A stretch of 62,937 nucleotides of DNA from Clostridiaceae bacterium (GCA_012727965.1 JAAYFZ010000016.1:1-62937); one strand, 5' to 3'; counted from the stretch's first letter, positions 21,064 through 31,061 are shown. Numbers and translations are program-made. Notes: generated by a model not told the origin, from the sequence alone.

Positions 21064-21224
21064 CTGAAAGTGTCTCCTAGATCTATATTAGTACATATGT
21101 ATATATATCACAGATATTATGTCATAAAAACGAAACAAAAGACAATTTAAAGATATATATATGTTTGAAGCTATGTGATTCTTAGTATATATACTAATTA
21201 CTTTTCTTGATCCAGGAGGTGTAT

Positions 21225-22241
21225 ATGAAATTAGCAAAAGGTATTAATATCGGTGGCTATTTGTCACAGTGCAGTCATCAAGCTGAACACTATGAGACCT
21301 TTTTCACTGAAGAAGATGTGCAGAAGATTCAGGCATGGGGGTTTGACCATATCCGATTGCCATTTGACTATTCTGTTATTCAAACTGATGAAGGTGAAGC
21401 TATTATTGAAGGCATCGAATTATTGAGAAGAAATGTGTTATGGTGCCAGAAGCATGGCATAAACATTGTGCTTGATCTTCATAAGGCGAGCGGGTATGAC
21501 TTCAATCATGCAGGTGACAGCGGAAAAAATAACTTATTTAACAGTGATAAGTTGGTTACCAAATTTCTTGAATTATGGAAATTGGCAGCAAAAGAATTTG
21601 GTATATATACAAATGTAGCCTTTGAATTGCTTAATGAGGTGGTCGAGAGCGAAAATTCCGACTCCTGGAATGCTCTTATCAAGAGAGCAGTTAAGGTAAT
21701 TCGTGAAATAGCACCTAATACACCGATCATTTATGGAGGTATTCGTTGGAATAGTGCTGATACACTTGAACTTCTGGACCCACCAGCTTCTTATAACATT
21801 ATTTACACTTTCCACTTCTATGAGCCTTTGCTCTTTACGCATCAAAAAGCACATTGGGTCAAAAATATAAGCATGGAAAACGTATCATACCCAGGTTCAA
21901 TGGTGGACTACAAAGCCGGTTCTGAAATGCTTGGTATTCAGGGTGAAGCTGTCGTTAATTCAGAAGCAGAGGAAATAAATAAGGCGTTTATTGCTGCAAT
22001 GATTGCTGCCGCCGTCGCTGCCGCTGGACAAGCAGGCGTTCCGTTGTATTGTGGCGAATTCGGGGTTATAGATCAGGCGCCTGTCTCAGACACACTACGC
22101 TGGCTAGAAGACACTCTGGAAGCGTTTTCTGACAACAAGATCGGCCATGCGATCTGGACCTACAAAAAAATGGATTTTGGATTGACTGACGAACACTATT
22201 CCCCAATAAGAAAGAATATGATCAGAACTTTGACAAAATAA
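21225..22241 (+). CDS. Glycoside hydrolase family 5 (cellulase-superfamily) enzyme, no signal peptide
   Basis: Contains GFDHIRLPF, the acid/base motif VAFELLNEV and the nucleophile motif LYCGEFGV. GGAGG lies 5 nt before ATG 21225. Confidence 0.85.
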   Translation: MKLAKGINIGGYLSQCSHQAEHYETFFTEEDVQKIQAWGFDHIRLPFDYSVIQTDEGEAIIEGIELLRRNVLWCQKHGINIVLDLHKASGYDFNHAGDSGKNNLFNSDKLVTKFLELWKLAAKEFGIYTNVAFELLNEVVESENSDSWNALIKRAVKVIREIAPNTPIIYGGIRWNSADTLELLDPPASYNIIYTFHFYEPLLFTHQKAHWVKNISMENVSYPGSMVDYKAGSEMLGIQGEAVVNSEAEEINKAFIAAMIAAAVAAAGQAGVPLYCGEFGVIDQAPVSDTLRWLEDTLEAFSDNKIGHAIWTYKKMDFGLTDEHYSPIRKNMIRTLTK

Positions 22242-22263
22242 AAAAGAGAAGGATGGGAAGTTT

Positions 22264-23691
22264 ATGAGCACTTATTCTAAGAAACTCTTAATTTTCTGCT
22301 TAAGCACGGTTTTTGCAATTGCTATCACAGGCTGCAAACAACCATTGGAAACAACTAATCCTGCACCGACCACTGTGATGACTACCGAGCAAGAGCTCGT
22401 TAATCAGACCAGTAATGATCAGGTACCGGAGCTTGATGACTATAAGCTGCTTTGGCATGATGAGTTCAATGGAACAGCATTGGATATGACGATTTGGAAC
22501 CGTGAGCTCCGTGAGACAGGCTGGACAAACAATGAGCTTCAGGAATATACCGAATCGCAAGATAACATATTTGTTTGTGATGGCACGCTTGTGCTCAAGG
22601 CATTGGTATCGAAGGACGCCAATGGAAATGATTACTATACTTCAGGCAAGGTTAACAGCCAGAATAAACAGGACTTCATGTATGGAAAAATAGTAGCCCG
22701 AGCCAAGGTTCCAGAGGGACAAGGGCTGTGGCCGGCGATCTGGATGATGCCGACCGACGAGAGCTTGTATGGACAATGGCCGAAATGCGGCGAGATCGAC
22801 ATCATGGAGGTCTTAGGTAGTCAAACTGATATCGCTTATGCAACGATCCACTACGGTGAACCTCATGGTGAGCAACAGGGATTGCTCAAATTAAGTGAAG
22901 GAACCTATGCAAGTGATTTCCATGAATTCTCAGTTGAGTGGGAGCCCGGAGAGATCCGCTTCTATATTGACGATGTCTTAGTCAATACAGTGAACGATTG
23001 GTTCACTGCGGAAGACGGTGGAGACGAGAAACCATATCCAGCGCCCTTCAATCAAACTTTTTTCGTACAGATGAATCTGGCAGTTGGTGGAAACTGGCCC
23101 GGAGATCCTGATGAGACGACGGATTTTTCACTAGCAGAATTTGAGATCGATTATGTTCGTGTGTATCAGAAGGCCGAGTATGATACCAATGTTTCTAAAC
23201 CGGAAAAAGACTTCCGCGAGCCACTGGAAGATGGAAATCTGATCTATAACGGCGATTTTTCCGAAGCCGAAGATCTGACAGATGATATCAACTGGAAATT
23301 TATGCTGTTCAACGGAGGCGCGGGCTCTTCTGAAATCAAAGACGAATCGATCATTATCAATTCCGAAAATGAAGGTACAGTAGAATATTCAGTTCAACTT
23401 GTTCAGCCGGAGTTGCCGATGATCAAGGGAAATAAGTATCTTATTACCTTCGACGCTTACGCAGCAGAGGAGCGCGACATCATTGTATGCATCTCTGCAC
23501 CAACCGGGGGATGGATTCGCTACTTCCCAGACACGAAGGTAGGTCTGTCAACGGATTGGGAAACATACACTTTTGAATTTGACATGACGGAAAAAGACGA
23601 CAACAATGGAAGACTGGAGTTCAATATGGGCAAAAGCGGATCAATCGCGCAGATCAATTTCCGAAATGTTCGGGTCGAGGTAATTGAATAA
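22264..23691 (+). CDS. Lipoprotein glycoside hydrolase family 16 (laminarinase/beta-glucanase) with a C-terminal CBM4/9-like module
   Basis: Lipobox AITGC, GH16 catalytic motif GEIDIMEV, and a C-terminal ~170 aa NGDFS... beta-sandwich-like module. Confidence 0.85.
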   Translation: MSTYSKKLLIFCLSTVFAIAITGCKQPLETTNPAPTTVMTTEQELVNQTSNDQVPELDDYKLLWHDEFNGTALDMTIWNRELRETGWTNNELQEYTESQDNIFVCDGTLVLKALVSKDANGNDYYTSGKVNSQNKQDFMYGKIVARAKVPEGQGLWPAIWMMPTDESLYGQWPKCGEIDIMEVLGSQTDIAYATIHYGEPHGEQQGLLKLSEGTYASDFHEFSVEWEPGEIRFYIDDVLVNTVNDWFTAEDGGDEKPYPAPFNQTFFVQMNLAVGGNWPGDPDETTDFSLAEFEIDYVRVYQKAEYDTNVSKPEKDFREPLEDGNLIYNGDFSEAEDLTDDINWKFMLFNGGAGSSEIKDESIIINSENEGTVEYSVQLVQPELPMIKGNKYLITFDAYAAEERDIIVCISAPTGGWIRYFPDTKVGLSTDWETYTFEFDMTEKDDNNGRLEFNMGKSGSIAQINFRNVRVEVIE

Positions 23692-23733
23692 ATAGTAATA
23701 ATAACTTCACTTGATCAACAATAGTAAAACAGA

Positions 23734-23767
23734 AAAAATCCCGAAATCAGACGATTTCGGGATTTTT
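23734..23767. terminator. Bidirectional terminator (GH16 gene on +, tRNA-Trp on -)
   Basis: AAAAATCCCGAAATC-agac-GATTTCGGGATTTTT: perfect 15-bp arms with A/T runs on both sides. Confidence 0.75.
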
Positions 23768-23770
23768 ATA

Positions 23771-23845
23771 TGGCAGGGGAGACGCGATTCGAACACGCAA
23801 CCGACGGTTTTGGAGACCGTTGCTCTACCGTTGAGCCACTCCCCT
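23771..23845 (-). tRNA. tRNA-Trp (anticodon CCA), CCA encoded
   Basis: The reverse complement AGGGGAGTGGCTCAACGGTAGAGCAACGGTCTCCAAAACCGTCGGTTGCGTGTTCGAATCGCGTCTCCCCTGCCA folds as a 75-nt cloverleaf. The anticodon loop is CTCCAAA. Confidence 0.92.
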
Positions 23846-23858
23846 AAGCGCGAGAATA

Positions 23859-23887
23859 ATCTTAACATTGCAACTTGGTACTGTCAA
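23859..23887 (-). promoter_or_regulatory. Sigma-A promoter for tRNA-Trp, overlapping the stop codon of the upstream regulator gene
   Basis: Minus strand: TTGACA, 17-nt spacer, TGtTAAGAT (extended -10), about 13 nt upstream of the tRNA 5' end. Confidence 0.55.
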
Positions 23888-26217
23888 GTAGAGCCGGGAG
23901 AATCCTTCTGGATTTTTTCTCTATAACGTATCGGCGACAAACCCATGTGTTTCTTAAACAATGTTGAGAAATAAGTAACATTTGTCATACCTATTTTTTC
24001 GCAGATGGCTTTTGCCGGTAAGGAAGTCTCTATTAGCAGCTTCGCGGCTTCATTAAGACGCAAATCAATTAGATAATGACTGAAATTTACTCCAGTGGCG
24101 GATTTAAACAGCTTGCCTAGATATCCGGCTGATAATTGGAATCTGTCAGCAGTAGATTCCAGAGACAAATCGAAATCCTGGATATTGTCAGCTAGGTAAT
24201 TACGAATATCATTTATCAACTGATCATGCTTTTGCTGCAGCATATCTCTTGATTGTTCATATGAAATGCTCATGAGATATTCGCAGAAGGTCAGGAGTTC
24301 GTTTCTGATGTCGTCAAGATTATTCAACAAGGCAATTCTTTTGCCTGTATTTACATAAATCTCGAAATCATTTTCCTGTAGTTCTACTGTGTGTTCAACC
24401 TGCTTGAAGACTACAAGTATCAGCTGGTTGATATAATCCAGGGCGCGTGGAGTGAAGCCTTCAGATAGACTCCCGACAAATAGATCAAGACCTGCCTCAA
24501 GTTTGTCCGCTTGCTTGAGGTTGATTGCCTCTAGAATGTGTTTCTCTGCGCTGGAGGGATATCTGATCCTTCTAGCTGCTTGTTGCGCTTGAACGGCATT
24601 TAAGCGAAGTGCCTCACCCTCTATATATCTGATTGAGAATGCTCTTCTGGCAATTTCGATGTCAGTCACAAATTTGTTAGTGTTATGAATTGGATCAGTC
24701 CAGATATATGTAACAGTAAAACCGAAATACTGTCGTAAATACTGCTGTGCTTCCTGCAATGAACTATTAATACGGGAGTCAATAGTCGCAGATTGGCTGT
24801 TATTCAATAATTCCTGTGTAGGACAATATATAAAAACCATTTCATTTTCTGCAGTTGATATGCCGCGACAACTCCCAACCGCATTTAATAACTCTTGAGT
24901 TACATTGATTATCATAAAGCTATAGCTTGATAGATCCTGACGGTGATCGGCTGATAATCTGGAGAAGTCATCAAACCTACATACAATAAGTATCCAGGGA
25001 GCGCTCTTGATTTCTTGAGGCATTATCGTTTCGGTACTACGAAAAAGCGTACTTCTTCCCTCAAGAAGGTCGATTAAGTGTTTCTCTTCCGCAACCTGGC
25101 CAGTTTTTTCTCCGTATAGCAAAGCTGACTGAATAAGTGAAAAATCTGCAGAATATGCGTTATCATTACTGTTCGCGGCCTGTTCAAGCATACCCGGTGA
25201 CATATATCTGATCATTCTTTGAACAGGCTCATTGTAACTGCGGAATATTCTTATTACTATCAGCAGGCTTAGTGCATGAATTGCTGTTATCAGAAAAAAC
25301 CAGGGCAGGGCAGATGCTAATGCCTGAACAACTATCCTACTAACTGGCAGTGTTAGTAAAGATACTAGTTCGGTGTCTTCTGAGGCCGTCCATACGAGCA
25401 GATAGCTCTTATTACCAATTTTTAGTATCTGCGAGTTTTCAAATTTACTATTATCAAGTTTAGACATAGTAAATGCCTGAAAAAAATCAGCAAAATCAGA
25501 GTCAAAACTCAGATCTGTAATGTATCGATCCTGATCTGAACTACTTAAGACTATTCCTTCATTATTTAGCAGATAGTATTCGCTAAAATCAATATGCTGT
25601 TGATTTGGACCATCCCAGATGTCCTCATCAATATTTACGATGAGCATACCCTGATTTGTTCTCTGGGGGTTTTCATCTACTCTTGTATAGAATGTGAGGA
25701 TTCTTTTGAAGCTCTCAGATTGATATTGCCCCGATGACTGAGCTGGAACAACAATTTCTCTTGGGCGCATACTGAACTGATCAATTCCAACAGGATTGCC
25801 CAGACTTGAAACTGGTTGTGACCCGCTTGATGTTAGATATTGTTCAAAATAACTATTAAATATACCAATCGAGCCAACAAGGTCCTCCGACGCTGCGGCA
25901 TAGGAAGACAGTAGTCTTATCAGATTTGTTCTGGACTCAGAAGTGTCTTCTCTGCTATAGAGCCAGGCTGCTATATCCTGATGTCTGATTATTCGTCTGC
26001 TGAGCTGTTCGATTCTGGCATAAATCTGGTCTGTTTGATATTGTGAATGATCTAAGCTTTGACGCATTATCGAGCGGCTATTATCATTCTGTTTACTCCA
26101 GGAAATTATTGATGTGGAAATCATAGAAAATAGCCATAGGACTGATATGAACAGGACTATATTAGCTCTTTTTGATTTGTACATATCAACATTTTGCTTT
26201 TTTAAGCTGCTTTTCAT
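23884..26217 (-). CDS. Membrane-embedded AraC-family regulator (YesS-like): TM, ~260-aa extracytoplasmic domain, TM, cytoplasmic domain, AraC double HTH
   Basis: 777 aa. Hydrophobic helices ANIVLFISVLWLFSMISTSIISW and LPWFFLITAIHALSLLIVIRIF. C-terminal ...STADRFQLSAGYLGKLFKSATGVNFSHYL...AKAICEKIGMTNVTYFSTLFKKHMGLSPIRYR. No kinase or receiver motifs seen. Confidence 0.8.
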   Translation of the reverse strand: MKSSLKKQNVDMYKSKRANIVLFISVLWLFSMISTSIISWSKQNDNSRSIMRQSLDHSQYQTDQIYARIEQLSRRIIRHQDIAAWLYSREDTSESRTNLIRLLSSYAAASEDLVGSIGIFNSYFEQYLTSSGSQPVSSLGNPVGIDQFSMRPREIVVPAQSSGQYQSESFKRILTFYTRVDENPQRTNQGMLIVNIDEDIWDGPNQQHIDFSEYYLLNNEGIVLSSSDQDRYITDLSFDSDFADFFQAFTMSKLDNSKFENSQILKIGNKSYLLVWTASEDTELVSLLTLPVSRIVVQALASALPWFFLITAIHALSLLIVIRIFRSYNEPVQRMIRYMSPGMLEQAANSNDNAYSADFSLIQSALLYGEKTGQVAEEKHLIDLLEGRSTLFRSTETIMPQEIKSAPWILIVCRFDDFSRLSADHRQDLSSYSFMIINVTQELLNAVGSCRGISTAENEMVFIYCPTQELLNNSQSATIDSRINSSLQEAQQYLRQYFGFTVTYIWTDPIHNTNKFVTDIEIARRAFSIRYIEGEALRLNAVQAQQAARRIRYPSSAEKHILEAINLKQADKLEAGLDLFVGSLSEGFTPRALDYINQLILVVFKQVEHTVELQENDFEIYVNTGKRIALLNNLDDIRNELLTFCEYLMSISYEQSRDMLQQKHDQLINDIRNYLADNIQDFDLSLESTADRFQLSAGYLGKLFKSATGVNFSHYLIDLRLNEAAKLLIETSLPAKAICEKIGMTNVTYFSTLFKKHMGLSPIRYREKIQKDSPGST

Positions 26218-26329
26218 GCTATAGTGACCTCCAAAGAGAATAATATCGGTTTTTTTATTACTTTGATTGCAATAATAATATCACTATTACAAAATTATAG
26301 CCATATAATGAAATCTGCAATATCGTAAT

Positions 26330-26385
26330 AGTGAAAGGATATTTAAAAATTGTGTACACAAATATCACAAAAGTGAAAGGATATT
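26330..26385. repeat. Two 14-nt direct repeats AGTGAAAGGATATT (starts 42 bp apart) flanking the palindrome TGTGTACACA in the divergent promoter region
   Basis: Copies read directly at 26330-26343 and 26372-26385. The palindrome is at 26351-26360, and a TATAAT hexamer is at 26304-26309. Confidence 0.6.
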
Positions 26386-26450
26386 GATTATCTGTTGTTT
26401 CCAGAGCAGTGTTTTCATATAGAATCAAATTATCAGGTTGGAGGTGCGAG

Positions 26451-27443
26451 TTGAGTAAATTTACTAAATCAAAAAAGCTTTACATTGCACTTCTTATATT
26501 TGTATTAATCCTGATCGCTGTTGCCTTGATAATTCTTAAGAGTATAGGCGATGAAAAAGAAAATGAATCGAAGGGTCTGATCGGTTTTACTGGCTATAAT
26601 CTTTCTCTTGATTTCTTCTCAAGTATGGAGAAGGGCATCCGCTATCAGGCTGAAAAAATGAATTACGATTATATAGCCTTTGATCAGGAGAGCGATGAAA
26701 CTAAGCTAATTGCAAGTTTCAAAGAATTAATCAGAAGAGATGCAGATGCGATTATTGTATCGCCGATAAATCCTGACGTTTTGGCTCCGCTTGTTGAACA
26801 GGCACATGCGAAGAATATACCAGTAATAATTAATGATATTGGTGGTGGACAATCTAATTATGACGCGATAGTGGTTTCTGATAACTGGCAGGGAGGTCAG
26901 TTAGCTGCTGATTATTTAGCAGAACATTTAAACAAAGATGCAGGCAGTCACAAGGTAGCAATTCTGGCATGTGAACCGACAGCAATCTATGCAGCAAGAA
27001 GAGGCGAAGCCTTTCGCCAGTATATAGAGGAACGCGGTTACGAAGTTGTAAGCGAGAAGACAGCTTATTCAAGACAAGAAGATGGTTATGTCAAGATGAA
27101 GGAGATCCTCGAAGAACAGCCAGATATTCAGGCGGTCTTCGCTGAAAATGATTTGATGGCCGTCGGTGCTGCAAATGCACTTGCAGAACTCAAGAGACAG
27201 GATATTGTTCTCATTGGATTTGATGGTGCACAGGCTGCTATAGATGCGATCAAGACCGGTCAGATGCAGGCAACAGTAATGCAGAACCCTGATGAAATGG
27301 GCAGATTAACTGCAAAAATAGCTGATCAGATTTTAACTGAAAAACCCATTAATTACAGCGATTCTGAGAAGCGTGAGATATATGTAAATGTAAGTCTCTT
27401 CACTGCAGAGGACATAGCATTGTTCATTGAAGAGACACAGTAG
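26451..27443 (+). CDS. Membrane-anchored periplasmic-binding-protein-fold sugar-binding protein (RbsB/LacI-type PBP, N-terminal TM anchor, no lipobox)
   Basis: TM helix KKLYIALLIFVLILIAVALIIL, then a PBP type-I fold (GFTGYNLSLDFF..., IIVSPINPD, AVFAENDLMAVGA, VLIGFDG). TTG 26451 lies 6 nt after GGAGG; the ORF-track start at 26409 has no SD. Confidence 0.7.
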   Translation: MSKFTKSKKLYIALLIFVLILIAVALIILKSIGDEKENESKGLIGFTGYNLSLDFFSSMEKGIRYQAEKMNYDYIAFDQESDETKLIASFKELIRRDADAIIVSPINPDVLAPLVEQAHAKNIPVIINDIGGGQSNYDAIVVSDNWQGGQLAADYLAEHLNKDAGSHKVAILACEPTAIYAARRGEAFRQYIEERGYEVVSEKTAYSRQEDGYVKMKEILEEQPDIQAVFAENDLMAVGAANALAELKRQDIVLIGFDGAQAAIDAIKTGQMQATVMQNPDEMGRLTAKIADQILTEKPINYSDSEKREIYVNVSLFTAEDIALFIEETQ

Positions 27444-27505
27444 AAAAATCACTAAACGAATATTCGTGAAATATAAGATGGTTTGAAATTCAAGGAGGGA
27501 AGTAC

Positions 27506-29014
27506 GTGAGCGAAATAGTTCTGGAACTAAAAGGTATAACTAAGACCTTTCCAGGCGTTAAGGCACTGGACAGAGTTCATTTCCAGCTTAAGTCCGGACA
27601 GATCCATGGCCTGATGGGAGAAAACGGTGCCGGTAAATCAACCTTCATCAAGGTCATTACCGGCGTTCATCGTGAAGATGAAGGCGAGATCTATCTTGAC
27701 GGCAAAAAGATCGAAATTAAGAATCCGAAAGATGCTATTGCTTTGGGTATAGCAGCGATTTATCAACATGTTACTTGTTTTCCTGACCTGAGTGTTACTG
27801 AAAATATTTTTATGGGTCATGAGGAATTATCAAAAACCGGCATAATCAAATGGAAAAATATGCATAGCAAGGCCGAAGACCTGCTTAAGAAGCTTGGTTC
27901 TAGTCTTGACCCCAGAACACAGATGGGCGCGCTTAGTGTTGCTCAGCAGCAGATTATTGAAATAGCTAAGGCTCTATCAACAAATGCCAGAATCATAATT
28001 ATGGATGAGCCTACTGCAGCTTTGACCAATAGAGAATGTGAGGAGCTTTATCGTATTACCGAGCAGCTGCGCGATGAGGGCAAATCAATCATTTTCATAT
28101 CACACAGATTTGAAGATCTTTATAGAATTTGCAGCCATGTCACAGTTTTTCGAGATGCAAAATATATTGGAGACTGGCCAGTCGCTGGTTTAACTAATTC
28201 GCAGCTTATAAATGCTATGGTTGGAAGAGAATTATCGGAAATGTATCCGCCAGCGCTTTCAAAACCGCAGCCGGATAAAGTGTTCGAGGTTAAAAATCTC
28301 TCTAGAACCGGTTATTTTGCGAATGTATCTTTTGATGTTAAAAAGGGTGAAATAGTATCGCTGACTGGACTAGTCGGAGCTGGCAGAAGTGAGGTTTGCC
28401 AGGCGATATTCGGCATAGACAAATATGAGAGTGGCGAGATATGGCTTGAGGATAAAAAAATAGAGATTAATGATCCCAAGGAGGCCATGGGTCACGGTAT
28501 AGGATATTTGCCTGAAGATCGCCAGAAACAGGGTCTGCTGCTGGCGTGGAGCATTGAGAAAAATATCACACTTGCTAATTTGGATCTCTATGGAAAAGGT
28601 ATATTCGTTGATGAAGAACAGGAGAGTGAAGTTGCTAATAGACTGGCTAAGCTAGTCAATATCAAATGCCAGGGTGTAGATGATCTGGCTAGTTCGCTCT
28701 CTGGCGGCAATCAACAGAAGATAATTGTGGCCAAGCTGCTGACATCAGATCTTAAGCTTATCATCATGGATGAGCCGACAAAGGGTGTTGATGTCGGGGC
28801 TAAGCATCAGATTTATCAAATCATGCGAGAACTAGCCAGAGATGGGTACGGTATTTTAATGGTTTCATCAGAAATGCCTGAAGTTCTTGGTATGAGTGAT
28901 CGTGTTATCGTCATGCATGAGGGTCGGATTACTTTGATAACTGATGCCAACACTACGCAGGAGCAGCTGCTTGAAGCGGCTGTTACTAAGAAGACGGAAA
29001 TGAGAGGTGAATGA
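27506..29014 (+). CDS. Sugar ABC transporter ATP-binding protein (duplicated ABC domains, RbsA/MglA type)
   Basis: Walker A GENGAGKST, LSVAQQQ/LSGGNQQK signatures and two Walker B motifs. GTG start 6 nt after GGAGGG. Confidence 0.92.
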   Translation: MSEIVLELKGITKTFPGVKALDRVHFQLKSGQIHGLMGENGAGKSTFIKVITGVHREDEGEIYLDGKKIEIKNPKDAIALGIAAIYQHVTCFPDLSVTENIFMGHEELSKTGIIKWKNMHSKAEDLLKKLGSSLDPRTQMGALSVAQQQIIEIAKALSTNARIIIMDEPTAALTNRECEELYRITEQLRDEGKSIIFISHRFEDLYRICSHVTVFRDAKYIGDWPVAGLTNSQLINAMVGRELSEMYPPALSKPQPDKVFEVKNLSRTGYFANVSFDVKKGEIVSLTGLVGAGRSEVCQAIFGIDKYESGEIWLEDKKIEINDPKEAMGHGIGYLPEDRQKQGLLLAWSIEKNITLANLDLYGKGIFVDEEQESEVANRLAKLVNIKCQGVDDLASSLSGGNQQKIIVAKLLTSDLKLIIMDEPTKGVDVGAKHQIYQIMRELARDGYGILMVSSEMPEVLGMSDRVIVMHEGRITLITDANTTQEQLLEAAVTKKTEMRGE

Positions 29015-30024
29015 ATATGACTGCTAAACAAGATAAATCAATTGTTCGTTCCCTCAGCGTTGCCCGACTGAGAGATATTGGTCTGGTACTATTCATAGTT
29101 ATACTGTCTATTTTTATCCAGTTTAGAAACTCACAGTTTTTAACTATATCCAATTTGAACAATATGCTCATCAATGCCTGTATTATGGGAATTCTGGCTG
29201 TAGGTATGATGATGGTCATTATTACTGGCGGAATTGATCTGTCTATTGGTTCTACGCTGGCTTTGTCCGGTATGTCAGCCGGTCTATTCGTCAGGGACAA
29301 TCCTGACGCACCGGTAATTATAGCTGTGTTGATCGGTATTGCAGTTGGAATGGCTGCCGGTTTTGTAAATGGTCTTCTCGTCGGCAAAGGTGGAGTTCTT
29401 CCTCTAATAGCTACACTAGGCATGATGAATGTCTACAGAGGTCTTACTTATATAATTGCTGGAGGCGCATGGGTCAGTGCTCATCAGATGAATGATGGTT
29501 TCAAGGCAATATCATTTTACAATATTCTTGGAATAAACAGCATGATCTGGATAGCTGCAATTGTTTTCCTGATTGCTTATTTCTTCCTAAACTATACGCG
29601 TACCGGCAGAAGAGTCTATGCAGTCGGCAGTAATTATGAGGCTTCACAAATAAGCGGAACAAATGTAGATAATATCCAAATACTTGTTTATACGATCATG
29701 GGCGGTGTATCAGGACTAAGCGGTATTCTATGGGTTTCAAGATTCGCTTCTGCTCAAGGAGATACAGCTCAGGGTTTTGAGATGAATGTCATCGCGGCCT
29801 GTGTTCTTGGAGGTGTTTCAATAACTGGCGGCTCAGGAAAAGTTCCCGGCGTCGCGCTTGGTACTCTGCTGCTAGGCATACTTCGTAATTCTCTGCCTCT
29901 TCTGAAGGTTTCACCGTTCTGGCAGGATGCAATATATGGCGTCATCATCATGATCGCAATCATTGTAAATGTCATGGTAAAACGAACAGTTGATAAGAGA
30001 AATCTGCAAAGGAGGCATATCTAA
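29011..30024 (+). CDS. Sugar ABC transporter permease (RbsC-type)
   Basis: 337 aa, polytopic, with GGIDLSIGS and a TRTGRRVYAVGSNYEASQISG loop. ATGA overlap with the ATPase gene. Confidence 0.9.
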   Translation: MNMTAKQDKSIVRSLSVARLRDIGLVLFIVILSIFIQFRNSQFLTISNLNNMLINACIMGILAVGMMMVIITGGIDLSIGSTLALSGMSAGLFVRDNPDAPVIIAVLIGIAVGMAAGFVNGLLVGKGGVLPLIATLGMMNVYRGLTYIIAGGAWVSAHQMNDGFKAISFYNILGINSMIWIAAIVFLIAYFFLNYTRTGRRVYAVGSNYEASQISGTNVDNIQILVYTIMGGVSGLSGILWVSRFASAQGDTAQGFEMNVIAACVLGGVSITGGSGKVPGVALGTLLLGILRNSLPLLKVSPFWQDAIYGVIIMIAIIVNVMVKRTVDKRNLQRRHI

Positions 30025-31061
30025 TGAATAAAATAGCTGCTAAGCTTCCGTCTGCAGGACAAGATAGTTTTGTCAGAAAATATCTGATGCGCTGGGAAGC
30101 GATACTCTTTCTTATACTGATCATTGTTAATGTTTTCAATGCCATTATTTCCCCATATTACAATTTCACAGGAATACTTGGGGCAACAAGAGACTTCATG
30201 GATAAGACGTTTATCGTTTTCCCGATGGCGATGGTCATTCTGATAGGTGAGATCGATATATCTGTTGCTGCTACAGTTGCGCTTTCATCAGTTATGATGG
30301 GCGTTACCTATAATGCCGGTAATGGTGTACCGATGGTCGTGGCCATCCTGATCGGTATAGGGACCGCTACTCTTTGCGGTTTCATAAACGGTCTGGTTCT
30401 GACCAAATTCAAGGAATTGTCGCCCATGATCGTTACGCTGGCAACTCAAACTATGTATAGAGGTTTGGCCTATGTCATTCTTGAAGATCAGGCTGCAGGC
30501 AGCTTCCCGGGTTGGTTCCAGTACTTTGGCTGGGGCAGTATCGGACCGGTGCCTTTTATATTGATATGCTTCGTTGTTTGTGCTGTCATATTCACACTCA
30601 TCATCAATAAGACTAAGTTTGGTAGAAGAATCTATGCGATCGGCAACAACCGCGAAGCCAGCCGTTTTTCGGGCATCAAGGTCGAGAAGACAAGATTGAT
30701 TATCTACACATTGGTCGGCTTCATGGCTGGTATCACAGCAATCTTCCTGACATCCAGGATGTCTTCCACCAGACCGAATATCGCTTTGATGTATGAGCTG
30801 GATATTATTTCCATGGTTGTGCTCGGCGGTATCAGTACAAGTGGCGGCAAAGGCAGGATCAGTGGAGCTATTATTTCCATCTTTATCGTTGGACTGCTGA
30901 AATACGGTTTAGGACTAGTCAATATCAGCAGCCAGGTCCTGATGATCATAATCGGTCTGTTGCTTGTTATCTCGGTTATGACTCCGAATGTCGCAGGAAA
31001 ATTTAAAGAAGCAAGAAGGCAGCGTATGCTGCACGATAAGCTGTCGATACAGCAGAAATAA
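30024..31061 (+). CDS. Sugar ABC transporter permease, second subunit
   Basis: 345 aa, polytopic, with GEIDISVAA and a KTKFGRRIYAIGNNREASRFSG loop. TAATG overlap with the upstream permease. Confidence 0.9.
   Translation: MNKIAAKLPSAGQDSFVRKYLMRWEAILFLILIIVNVFNAIISPYYNFTGILGATRDFMDKTFIVFPMAMVILIGEIDISVAATVALSSVMMGVTYNAGNGVPMVVAILIGIGTATLCGFINGLVLTKFKELSPMIVTLATQTMYRGLAYVILEDQAAGSFPGWFQYFGWGSIGPVPFILICFVVCAVIFTLIINKTKFGRRIYAIGNNREASRFSGIKVEKTRLIIYTLVGFMAGITAIFLTSRMSSTRPNIALMYELDIISMVVLGGISTSGGKGRISGAIISIFIVGLLKYGLGLVNISSQVLMIIIGLLLVISVMTPNVAGKFKEARRQRMLHDKLSIQQK

Noticed and set aside
21183-21196. Perfect 14-nt palindrome TAGTATATATACTA upstream of the GH5 gene as an operator
   Set aside because: It is pure AT-rich sequence in an AT-rich promoter region, where such palindromes arise by chance. 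It could be the small AraC regulator's site, but there is no second copy or other support.
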